This document shows, one piece after another, positions 52,454 through 64,000 of a stretch of DNA of 64,000 bases; position 1 is the first letter of the stretch; every line of letters begins with the position of its first letter. The notes under the pieces are model-generated. The model ran no database searches. It saw only the letters and a program-made list of their open reading frames with translations, and was not told the origin of the DNA. Position numbers and translations under genes: made by a program. Source of the DNA: Eledone cirrhosa (Eukaryota); contig OZ024740.1 of the NCBI GenBank assembly GCA_964016885.1, positions 288,114,001 through 288,178,000 of the forward strand, written 5' to 3'.

Positions 52454-55400
52454 GGGCCTCGTAACACAGACGGTACATTTGGACCCGGAGGGTCGACTGG
52501 TGGTCCTAGACGTTGACGGTAGTGAAGGTGGAGCCTTCAGGCTGGTGGCCGCATATGCCCCATCCGGAACTCCGCGGCCAGACTTCTTCAAACGTCTAGA
52601 GACTTTTCTGGGAACGTCCCGCTCCTTGCTTTTAGTGGGGGACTGGAATGGAATCCTAGATACACGTTGGAACTATGTGGGAGCATGTCCCGATAAAGGG
52701 GGGTGTAACAGCCTCAAACAGTTAATCGACCGATTTGACCTGGCCGATAGATATCGACTAGATTTTCCGACTGTGCCACTGTGGACGTGGACTAATCGTA
52801 ACGGAACATCTAGATCGTACCTAGATAGGGTTCTAGTTAGAAATAAGGATAGGGACATGTTAAGCTGTCCACAAATGTTCATGGTTGCCTATTCAGATCA
52901 CAAACTAGTGACCTGCATGGCCAACCTTGATAGAACCCATAGACAAGGACCCGGCTACTGGAAGCTGAACTTGTCGTTACCGACAAGCAAAGCCTACAGT
53001 AGACGGATTAGCACTTTAGTTAAACAGCACTTGACAGGGGTCATTGTCAACAACAGATGGCTGTACTCTCTCAAGAGGGCAGTTAGATTAGACTCGTTAG
53101 TTTTTAGTAAAGAATTAGCGTTAGATAGAAATAGAACCGAGAAGGAACTGGTAGATAAAGTAGAAGAGGCAATTAGAAGTGGCAACGTAGCCAGCGTGCT
53201 AGCAACGAGAACGGCCTTGGACCAGTTCTTCGACGCAAAGTACGAGGGCTGCGTTGTCAGAAGCAAAATACATGCTCTGGGAAACGAGGGAGCCAAAGCT
53301 GTTAGCTGGGCCCGAGTGACGGAGGCAAAAAGTGGCAACAAGTCCACGATTCGGTCTTTGAAGGACCAACACGGACGCGTGATACGTGAGCCGAAGCAGA
53401 TGTGTGCGGCCTTTCAGCGGCACTTTGCTCAACTGTTCGGGCGGGGCGGCGCGCCGAGAGGGGCTATGGATTTCGGTCCATACTTCGACGGCCTACCGCG
53501 ACTCTCGGACAGCGAGGCAAAGTTCTGCGAAAAGCCGATTTCATCCGCTGACATAGTGGACGCGCTGAGCCAATGCGGCAAACGCAAATCTCCAGGTCTC
53601 GACGGTCTACCCTACGAATTTTACGTAGCAATGCCGGACTTATTCTCCGGTCTCCTGGAAGCGGTCTACTGCAACTGGCAACAGAACGGGAGAATTCCCA
53701 GTTCTGTAACCGGGGGCGTGGTCACACTAGTCAGGAAAAATAAGGGGGATGACATAGGCAACTTCCGGCCCATAACTCTGCTAAACCCAGAGTTACAGAT
53801 TTTGACCAAGGTGTTGGCAAAGAGGCTGGCGCTTGTCGTCGAGAACCTGCTGGGAGAAGCGCAGACATGCGCAATCCCGACCAGGTCCATACACGACAAC
53901 CTCCACCTCATGCGATACATCATAGAGAGGGTAGGGTGTAAACCCGGCTTCGGTGGGGCCCTGATCAACTTGGATCAGTCTAAGGCTTTCGATAGGGTCG
54001 ACCATCATTACCTGGATGCGGTGCTCGAGGCGGCAGGCTTCGGACCCGGGTTCAGGGGCTGGATTGCTGCAATGCACAACAGCAACATCTGCTCAAGGGT
54101 CAAGGTGAACGGCTACCTCTCGGAGTCGTTCCATATTACGCGATCCATTCGACAGGGATGCCCTCTCTCCTCCCTTCTGTACGTACTGACTCTCGAGCAA
54201 CTACTGTGGAAGTTGGAGCTATTGCAGGGCATCCCTCTTGAACCGGTACTGCGGAAAGAGGCGTCGGCCTACGCCGACGACGTGACAGTAATGGTGTCGA
54301 GCGCCTTGCAAATCGAGGAAGTCGGCACCTTACTGAAGGAATACGAAAGTTTCACAGGAGCGAAGCTGAACCGGGACAAGTCCATCAGTTTGCAACTCGG
54401 ATCGTGGAGAGGCAAACCGATGCCTTCCGATGGCGTCGTCGGACGCTGGACGGAAGGACCGGTAAAGCTGCTCGGGGTCTGGTTTGGTCCGGACCTCCAG
54501 GTGGAGAAGAACTGGAACGAAGTGACGGCCAAGGTGTTTGCACTCACCCAGAAGTGGGCCGAGTGCAAACTATCCTTGAAAGGTCGAGCGGAGGTGGCGA
54601 ACACTTTTATAGCGTCCGCCATCTACTACCGCTTGACCGTCGTGCCTTGTCCAGCCCAAACGCTCTCCAAAATGGAGCGCGCGCTCTTCCAATTCCTTTG
54701 GAAGAGGCGGGCTCCTTTGGTGAGAAGATCCATCTGCTGCCAACACCCTTCTAACGGAGGGCTGGGGGATGCCGTGGTTGACGGTGCGCAAACACGCGCT
54801 CAGGCTGCGGCATCTCTACGTATTCCTCACCGGACAACCGGTATGGGCCCCGTTCGTGAGGCGAGCCTTCCCAAGACTCGTCTCGCTGACCGAGCTGCAG
54901 TCCTGGGTCAAGCAAAAACCGAGGAAAATGGACGACTGGCACATCGAATGTGCTCAGGCGCTCACAGCCCTCTGGCAGGCGGACCCGGCGATCAGTGGAG
55001 ACTTCACTTCGTCATTCTATAGAGGGTTGATCCGCAACAAGTGCGACGACGTGCTCGGTGAAACTCTAGGCGTAGAGGAAGATGAACTGGCCAGTCTGTT
55101 CGGTAGGACCTTCCGCTCGGGACCGATAGACAACTTCCAAAAGTTCCTGGCCTGGCAGTGCTACCGAGGAGCTCTACCAGTTCGAGACAAGCTCTACAGA
55201 CATGGGCGCCCGGGTAGAGATCCTTCAAAAAAGATCTGTCCGAGGTGCGTGCGTAACGAAGAAACCGTCGCGCACGCATTCATACACAGCCCGGGTGTCA
55301 CTGACCTGTGGGGCTATGTAGAACGACTATTGTCGCGTGTGGGACCAATCCGGTTGACCATCGAGTCCATTGTCATGATCAAACCGCCACCCTCCTTCCA

Positions 55401-55890
55401 AAACGAAGGAGAGGCGGTTTTCCTTTGTGTGATAGCTATGGCGAAAGAGGTTGTATGGTGGACAAGGTTGAAAGGGCTGAGGCCAGACACCTTTCTCTCC
55501 GGCCAACAACTGATTCTTTTTTTCAAATACCACTTTGGAAGAAGAATCAGGATGGAGAGAGAGGTGCTGTACCCGAGCAAGTTTTATGAAAGGTGGGTGA
55601 CAGTGGCGAGAATGGGCCTTCTCTCTATATCATCCTGTAGGTTGAGGAAAAGGAGGAGGAGAGGAAAGGAGTACAAACTCTTCGTACTCCTGGAGATGAG
55701 GGTTTCACATTTTTTCGGGGGTATGTGTTACCCATATGAACTGTCTCCCCTATTGGGGAAAATCGACTAATTTTTTAAATTGCATTTGTGATAACATTTT
55801 ACACGTTTTTATTGTATGTAAACTTCCCCCTTTGTATTTGTCCCCTTCTTTTGTGTCCCTGTGGCTAATAACGAAACATATCTATCTGTC
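52453..55890 (+). mobile_element. 5'-truncated Tx1/L1-clade LINE (ORF2: APE endonuclease, RT, zinc knuckle), one frameshift
   Basis: VGDWN, SYLDR, SDH (APE); KSPGLDG, FRPITLLN, LDQSKAFDRV, QGCPLS, YADD (RT); frameshift in a G run near 54765; CPRC..ETVAH. Ends in TATCTATC. Confidence 0.93.
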
Positions 55891-55899
55891 TGACGTGTG

Positions 55900-58800
55900 G
55901 AACATCGCCGATAAGCTTTTTTGTTAATTTCTATACAAAAATCGAACTAATTGTTTGAAAAAACATAACACTTTGTAGATTAACCCCCAAGCTGAATTAT
56001 CAGCTGGGTGGTAATCCCATTTCTCGCCCCTGTAGGGGCGAAAATTTTATTTTAAAAATTGTTTTAAAATATCAGATTTTACAAACTAAATAAGTTGAGC
56101 AACACAAGAACGCTGGAGAACGTCAATAGAGAAAAGAGAGAGAAAGAGGCAGATATTAACGTTATATCTGCTTCTGCTACTATGGACGTCGCCATAGATA
56201 CGACATTCAACAAAGAGGAAAAAATATTATCACTTGAAGATTTTAAAATTTCTACCGTCGAAGCGGAGAAAAATAACAATAACACACAGGAAAACACAGG
56301 AATTAAACCCATTAACATACATACACATGAAAAAGACATCAACAACTCTATAGATACATCTACACATAATGTTTCACCTCGACAAGGAACTGAGATTTCC
56401 AACACCGAGGCTAACAACGATAACAACAACAACAACAGCAACACCACACAAAAAAAGAAAATGTCTTTCGCTGAAACAATGAACAAAAAACAAGATTTTA
56501 TAAATCTTGATATCTCCAATGCAAGAGATATGCTCCAGCAAGGGAGAAAATTTGTAACTTTCGAAGAAAGAGGTGGGTTTAGAATTAACTCACCCATTGA
56601 AATAAAGGAAGACACAATTAGCAGATCAGTCACCTTTAGGACTGTGTCAAATTCCACAAGAAAGCCTACATTTGTTAGCCAAGCAGATATAGAAGCTACT
56701 TTCAAGGAAATTCTAGCAAATATCGATTTTCTCCAGCGAGGAAAACAGTACGCAAGTGTTTCCGTACTGTTTAAAAGCGAGGCTCTCGCCCAAAAACATT
56801 CTATGACACCAATGGTGTCAAAAGCATACACCTTTTTCCCTACATACATGGGAAAAGGGACACAAAAAAATAAAAATAAAAAACATACATCCAAACATTA
56901 ACATCTGGTGGGTCTTGGCTGGCTTCGTAGAGCCAGAAACAGATATGATTCTTTCGATATGAAAATCTATTCGACAAAGGTGGGCGGGTACTGATTTGGA
57001 GATTCTGTTGCAAATGAAACCGGAGAGAATCTCCAAAATACCCGAAAGAGTCGTCATCGATGATAACAACAAAATAAACATTTCGGTAGAAGGACGAAAA
57101 AACAGAGACAACACCCCTGAAGAACACAGCCCCACCCCATCCCACTCCATGAAACACTAGCACAAACACACACACCGAAACACCACCACCACACAACATA
57201 CCCCTACCCCACACACCTGACGATGATTATTCATCGACGGATGAAGCTGCTTCTCCTTCTTTAAGTGAAGAAGAGGGAGAGCCGCGGAAAACCAAAAAAC
57301 AAAAAAAGAGACACCACAAAACCCCAAAAACTCCAATCACCAACACCAACACACAACCACAGACACAAACAACAACACAAACACCACCACAGTCAAACAT
57401 CCCCCTATCAGCAAAACCAACACCAACACCCACCCAAACACAAACACCCACCATAAAAAGAAAACTCCCGGACGAACAAACTAAAACAACACAACAAAAA
57501 CGCAAACAACAATACGCATACATAAAGACAAACAACAAGAGTTTGATGGAAGTCATCTCCCAAAACCCCAAGGTGGAGACGGAGGGCAAAACTTTCGTCA
57601 AGGCAGAATCGTCCCCACACCTTAAACTTATAAGGGTTTCTATGGAAACCTATAATGACCTAACAAATAAATTTTCACAGGACGTGGCAACCCCTGCCAC
57701 AAACCCATCAACCGTGTCCTGTTAAAATGTTTCCCCACCCCACCCAACACCCCATCCAGCACCCAAATGGAGATTGAACAACCCGATCTCCAGGAAACGA
57801 AAAGGTAAGTGCACCTTTCGTCCTTTTTCTCCAACTTTTCTTCACCAACATGGCTAGTTTACGAGTTGGAAGCGTGAATGTGCGTGGCCTAGGGATGCCC
57901 TGGAAACAGGGCCAACTTTTAAATGACCTTAGGTCACACAGTATGGATGTGATAGCCATCACCGAGTCCAAGATCCACAACAGGCAGCAACTAACCCCCA
58001 TCTTCGACGACTTTGAGATCTACGCATCTCTCTGTCAGCCAGGAGGTGGAGGTGGAGTGGCTGTCATGTTTCGGAAGAACCTGGACGTCGAAGCACAGCA
58101 AGTACACTTGGACCCGGATGGTAGACTGGTAGTCCTAGACGTGAACAGTATTGGAGGTGGAGCCTTCAGACTGATGGCCGTTTATACCCCGACCGGGCAA
58201 TCGCAATCACGGCCAGACTTCTTTAAGCGTCTAGAGTCTTTTCTGGGAACGTCTCGCTCCTTACTTTTAGTGGGGGACTGGTATCCTAGATGGTATCCTA
58301 GATGCACGATGGGACTATGTGGGAGCATGTCCCAGTAGAGCGGGGTGCAACAGCCTCAAAACTTTAATCGGCTAATTCCAACTGGCCGATAGGTATCGAC
58401 TGGATTTCCCGATTGCACCACAGTGGACGTGGGAAAACCGCAGTGGGACATCTAGATCGTATTTAGATAGGTTCTTCATTAGAGAAAGGGACAAGGAGAT
58501 GTTAAGCTGTCCACGAATGCACATGGTTGCCTATTCAGATCACAAGTTAGTCGTCTGCTTAGTCAACCGTGATAGAATACATAGACAGGGACCCGGATAC
58601 TGGAAGCTGAACGTGTCGTTGCCGGCACGTAAAGCTTACAATGAACGGATAAGTAGACTAGTCAAGCAACAGTTAACGGGAGCCATCGTCAACAATAGAT
58701 GGTGGTACTCTCTCAAGAAAGCAATTAGAATAGAATCGATATGGTATAGCAGAGAGTTAGCCTTAGAGAAAAACAGAATAGAAAGAGAACTGGTAGCCAA

Positions 58801-61105
58801 GGTAGAGGAAGCACTTAGAAGTGGCAACGCGGCTAGAGTATTAGCGTCGAGAACGGCAATGGACCAGTTCTTCGATGCGAAACACGAAGGCTGCGTGGTC
58901 AGAAGCAAAACACGTGCTCTAGGAAACGAAGGAGCGAAAGCTGTCAGCTGGGCCCGAGTGGCGGAGGCAAAAAGTGGCAACAAGTCCACGATTCGGTCTT
59001 TGGAAGACCAAAACGGATGTGCTACTTGACCCCAAACAAATGTGCGCGGCCTTTCAGCGGCACTTTGCGTGACTGTTTGAGCAGAACGACGGTGAGCCGA
59101 ACGGGGCAATGGACTTTAGTTCATACCTCGACGGCCTGCCACGTCTCTCGAACACGGACGCCGAGTTCTGTGAAAGACCGATCACGGACACTGAGATACG
59201 GGACGCTCTGGGCCGCTGCGGGAAACGCAAGTCACCCGGTCTAGATGGTCTACCCTACAAGTTTTACATAGGCATGCCGGACTTGTTCTCTGGCGCCCTC
59301 GAAGCCGTCTACTGCAATTTGCAGCAGAACGGGAGAATTCTCAGTTCTGCAAGCAAGGGCGTAGTAACGCTGATCAGGAAAGACAAGAACAAGGAGGACG
59401 AAATTAATAACTTCAGGCCCATAACTCTGCTCAACACAGAGTTAAAGATTTTGGCCAAGGTGCTAGCGACGAGGTTGGCGCTTGTCGTCGAGAACCTGGT
59501 AGGGAAAGCGCAAACGTGTGCAATCCCGACCAGGTCCATACACGACAACCTCCACCTCATGCGATACATCATAGAGAGGGTGGGTAGTAAACCCGGCTTC
59601 GGCGGGGCTCTGATCAACTTGGATCAGTCTAAGGCATTCGATAGGGTCGACCATCGATACTTGGAAGCGGTTCTCAAGGCGGCCGGTTTCGGTCCCGTGT
59701 TCAGAGGATGGATCGAGGCGATGCACACCAGCATCTGCTCGAGGGTCAAGGTGAGCGGCTACCTATCGGAGCCGTTCGCAATCACGCGTTCCATTCGACA
59801 GGGATGCCCTCTCTCCTCCATTCTGTATGTATTGACTCTAGAGCCACTACTGCGGAAATTAGAGCTGTTGCAGGGCATCCCTCTAGAACCGGGACTGCGC
59901 AAAGCGGCGCCGGCTTATGCCGACGACGTAACGGTAATGGTGTCGAGCACCTCGGAAATCGGGGTGATCGGCAACTTACTGAAAGAATACGAAACGCTGA
60001 CGGGAGCAAAACTAAACCCGGACAAGTCTGTCGGTTTGCAACTCGGTACGTGGAGAGGCAAACCGATGACGTTCGACAGCGTCATTGGACGCTGGACGGA
60101 CGGACCGGTGAAATTGCTCGGAGTCTGGTTCGGTCCAGACCTCCAGGCGGAGAAAAACTGGAACGAGGTCACGGCCAAGGTGTTTGCACTCACCCAGAAG
60201 TGGGCAGAGTGCAAACTATCCTTGAAAGGTCGAGCGGAGGTGGCGAACACTTTCATAGCGTCCGTCATCTACTACCGCTTGACTGTCGTGCCTTGTCCCC
60301 GTGAACACCTCGCCAAGATGGAACGCATGCTCTTCCAGTTTATGTGGAAGAAGCAGGCTCCGCTGGTGAGGAGATCCGTCTGCTGTCAGCATCCTTCCAA
60401 CGAAGTGCTGGGAATGCCGTGGCTGATGATGCGCAAACATGCGCTGAGGCTACGGCATCTCCAGGTATTCTTCACCGACACCCAACCTGTGTGGGCACCG
60501 TTTGTGAGACAGGCTTTCCCACAGCTAGTCTTGCTGATGGAGCTGCAGTCCTGGGTGAAGAAAAGACCGAAAACGATGGGCGCCTGGCACATTGAATGCG
60601 CTCAGGCGCTCACAGTCCTCTGGCAAGCGGGCGCAGCAATCAGTGGAGACTCCACTTTGACATTCTATAGAGGGATTGTACGTTACAAGGGCGACGACGT
60701 GCTCGGAGAAACTCTGGGCGTCGAAGACGATGAGCTTACCAGTCTGTTTGGTAGGACTTTCCGCCCGAGACCTATGGACAACTTCCAGAGGTCCCTGGCC
60801 TGGCAGTGCTACCGAGGAGCTCTACCGGTTCGTGACAAGATCTACAGGCACGGAAGCCTCGGCAGGGATCCTTCCAAGAAGACGTGTCCAAGATGCGCGC
60901 AGGACATTGAAACAGTCCTGCACGCAATTGTACACTGCCCGGGCGTAACCGACCTGTGGAACTATGCAGAACAACTGCTGTCGCGTATGGGACAAATCCA
61001 GTTGACTGCCGAGTCCATAGTAAGGATCAAACCGCCAGCCTCTTTCAAAAACGAAAGGGAGGCGATTTTCCTCTGTACGGTGGCTATGGTGAAAGAAGTC
61101 ATATG
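55900..61105 (+). mobile_element. Near full-length, 3'-truncated Tx1/L1-clade LINE (ORF1 + ORF2, disrupted)
   Basis: ORF1-like region ~56181-57810 (SFAE motif, low-complexity Pro/Thr tail, frameshifts). ORF2 from ATG 57850 (MASLRVGSVNVRGL), broken near 58290, 58375 and 59030. RT-zinc knuckle open from 59109 to 61105. Confidence 0.9.
59109..61105 (+). pseudogene. Tx1 ORF2 reverse transcriptase/zinc knuckle segment
   Basis: KSPGLDG, FRPITLLN, KAFDRV, QGCPLS, YADD, CPRC..ETVLHAIVHC. Upstream endonuclease out of frame. Confidence 0.88.
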
Positions 61106-61591
61106 TTTAGCCATTGCTAAAATCGACAAAAACAAAAAACAAAAACAAAAATCAAAAATAATAATAAAATACAAATGCAGACATCTGTTTACATTTGTTC
61201 ACGTGTATTTGATTACACATTAGAGTGGTAGCTATAATTTGTATTATTTTCCATTACACACACCGGCCTAACTATATCCATTTCAGATTAAGAATTAGTT
61301 AGTTGTCAAGTCTATCGCAGCCATATTACTTCCGCCTTTTTCTCTTCCTCCACCCTCTTTCACTCCTTCCCTCATCTCGCACCCTTCCTCTCTGTGTCAC
61401 CGATATTTTGTTCCGTGTACAACAGGTGCTAGGCAACGAGATGTTATGTCTCTCTCTGGAGACATCGCTGACAATGCTACACTCTATAAGAATCTATCTA
61501 TCTTTATTTATCTGTCAGTTTCATTTTCAAAATAGACACACTCACTCACATGTGCACATACATGCACACACACTTGCACACAGACACACAG

Positions 61592-61592
61592 A

Positions 61593-61635
<43 letters not shown>

Positions 61636-62330
61636 GTCATCGTCATCATCATCATCATCATCATCATCATCGTCATCGTCATCGTCATCGTCATCATCAT
61701 CATCATCATCATCATCATTTTTACGTTCTTTTTTTTCCAGGCTTGCATGGGTTGGACAGGACCTTTTCAGCCCAGCATCTCTCCACTCACCACATTCCTT
61801 CGTCACCTCCTCTGTGAGTCTCGGCGATTTGAGATCAGCTCTCACCACCTCTGCTCAGGTCTTCCTTGGCTTACCTCTACTGAAGCTTCCTTCCACTGGG
61901 ATTTCCCGGTACTTCCTCAGCCAGCGATCATTGCCCATGCGCATCACATGTCCAAACCAATGCAGTCTTCTCTCTTGCACACCACTTCAGATTCCTCTTA
62001 AACCCAGTTTCTCCATCAATTCATCCAGGATCTACCTTTCTCTCACATTTACGTTGCACATCCAGCGAAGCATGGTTGCTTCATTTCTCTACCACGCAGC
62101 ATTGCACTTGGCACACAGGTGTCATACAGTCGTCCATTTGTACGTAGAGAGGTACCTTTTGTGGCCAACAATGGCAGTTCTTCTATCTTATCTTTATTCT
62201 AGCTATTATGCTCTTAAACCAGTTCTCACAGAGCACCCTGCCCTGCTGCTAATTAGGCCACCTAACAGAGCACCCTCTTCCCTATTATTTAAGTCACCTA
62301 GATAGCAGAAGCCATCAATCACTTCTATGG
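61592..62330 (-). mobile_element. Decayed RTE/RTE-X LINE 3' fragment with (GAT)n tail
   Basis: Minus strand LHWFGHVMRM...RGKPRKTWAEVVRADL, then the (GAT)n tract at 61592-61718. Confidence 0.75.
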
Positions 62331-62534
62331 ATCATTCCTGTGATCAAAAAAGGTGTATATCATTGACGCTCATCCCCTCGATTACCTCTGAGCATCTTCT
62401 ACATACAAAGTCTTTCTTTCCTGTTCGTCTACCTGTTATCCCACTACATATATATGCACTAGTACGAACTCGCTATCATACAGATAGCGTACTTGTCTTG
62501 TAACATAGGTTTATCTATCTATCTATCTATCTAT

Positions 62535-63215
62535 CTTCCAAGAGGATGTGTCCAAGATGCGAGCAGGACATTGAAACCGTCTTGCACGCAATTGTACACT
62601 GCCCGAGCGTAACCGACCTGTGGAACTATGCAGAACAACTGCTGTCGCGTATGGGACAAATCCAGTTGACTGCCGAGTCCATAGTAAGGATCAAACCGCC
62701 AGCCTCTTTCAAAAACGAAAGAGTGGCGGTTTTCCTCTGTACAGTGGCTATGGTGAAAGAGGTTATATGGTGGACGAGATTGAGAGGACTGAGGACAGAT
62801 GCCTTTCTCTCCGGACAACAATTGATTCCCTTCTTTAAGTATCACTTTAGAAGAGAATCAGAGTGGAGAGAGAGGCACTGCACCCTAGTAAATTTACTGA
62901 AAGGTGGGTGAATGAAACGAAAATGGCCGGAGTGATTGGGCCTTCTCTATTTATAAGCCTGTAGGTTAAAGAAGAGAGCAAAAGGAAGAAGGGAGCACTT
63001 GCACAACACGCTCCAGAAGTTGAGGGTTGTTCTATCGACGGGGTATTAAACAACCCATTTGTGGCACCTCCCCCCTATTGGTGATTTCGATTGTTATAAT
63101 TGTTTGTTTCAATATTTTTACACGACTGTATGTAAAATCCCCGGCATGTGTCTTTGTATTGTCCCCTTTTCTTGTGCGCCTTTGTGGCAAATAAAGAAAT
63201 ATATCTATCTATCTA
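62535..63215 (+). mobile_element. Short 5'-truncated Tx1 copy in (TATC)n
   Basis: Near-identical to 60870-61105 and continues through the family's 3' UTR. (TATC)n on both sides, AATAAA before the tail. Confidence 0.9.
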
Positions 63216-63625
63216 TCCGCCTATCTACTCTACTCACCACACATATATATGGTGTATGAAAAAAATATATATGTAGAGCGAGAAGGGGGGGGGGCGACAG
63301 ATAATAGATAATATGAGGGAGAGTGAGATGGTCATATGATATGGATATATAGAAGATAGAAAAATAAACGGGTTGATAAAAATACAGAAAATACAATGGT
63401 GAGAATTAACATTTAAATCAACATTGTCTCATTCCTCTAACACTAAAATGCATTGATTTAGTACATTCAATCAAATATACTATATATTATTTACCCGTAA
63501 TTCTAAAACAGAAACATATATTTAGATGTAGGTTGATTATAAAGTGATGAGTAAATCAGCTGAAACTATGTCACAACAAGCAACATATTTTTCAGCATGT
63601 TTAATTTCTACTGTATAGTAGAATA

Positions 63626-63716
63626 TTTGTTTCTACTTTTTAGCACAAGGTCAGCAATTACCCAGTGCATTACTGGTACTTTATTTTATCAACCCCGTAA
63701 GGATGAAAGGCAAAGT
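63626..63716 (-). mobile_element. SINE 3' half
   Basis: Reverse complement of the main SINE central domain and 3' end. Confidence 0.8.
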
Positions 63717-63791
63717 TTAACAAATAACAAATAAGCTAACAATAAACGTTAGATCTATAAGTACGTAGGCACGTATTTATATTCTTGTTTG

Positions 63792-63861
<70 letters not shown>

Positions 63862-63864
<3 letters not shown>

Positions 63865-63975
63865 TGCACCCCCGGTATTCGTGGGTCCAGGTTATTTCCT
63901 TAGAACCTAACTAATAAGAGTTCGTGGAAACCACCATATATTCGCGGAATCGTAAATATCTTCCGCGACTTGTAA
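63862..63975 (+). mobile_element. Tigger/pogo-like MITE end
   Basis: TA|CAGTGCACCCCCGGTATTCGTGGG with an internal TATTCGCGG repeat. No matching right TIR seen. Confidence 0.4.
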
Positions 63976-64000
63976 TGACAATATATATAGTGTGTGTGTG

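Noticed and set aside
51324-55022. 1232-aa ORF as a novel fusion protein
   Set aside because: The first ~375 codons are stop-free CT/CA microsatellite accidentally in frame with a 5'-truncated Tx1 ORF2.

Overview
Gene-poor, AT-rich animal genomic DNA, most likely a coleoid cephalopod such as Octopus (inferred from the SINE types and the extreme microsatellite load; not verified). It consists almost entirely of microsatellites and transposable elements. Non-LTR retrotransposons include one apparently intact R4/Dong-clade element (1130-aa RT + restriction-like endonuclease ORF, minus strand), a second decayed R4-like family in (TACA)n, a decayed CRE-clade element, three to four Tx1/L1-clade copies tied to (TC)/(TATC)n, and several RTE/RTE-X 3' fragments. 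There are also five copies of a ~600-bp non-autonomous element that looks like an RTE 5' UTR fused to an RTE 3' end, Penelope-like remnants (GIY-YIG), many tRNA-derived SINEs (including a TSD-flanked dimer and a 4-unit tandem array), Helitron-like elements and MITEs. The most striking unannotated signal is a set of short, non-coding, fold-back (palindromic) insertions in (TA)n tracts whose arms carry minimal type I hammerhead ribozyme motifs with palindromic stem III, from several unrelated sequence families. Most ORFs in the supplied track are microsatellite artefacts. Only weak candidate host exons were seen. All family assignments were made by eye from motifs, without database searches.
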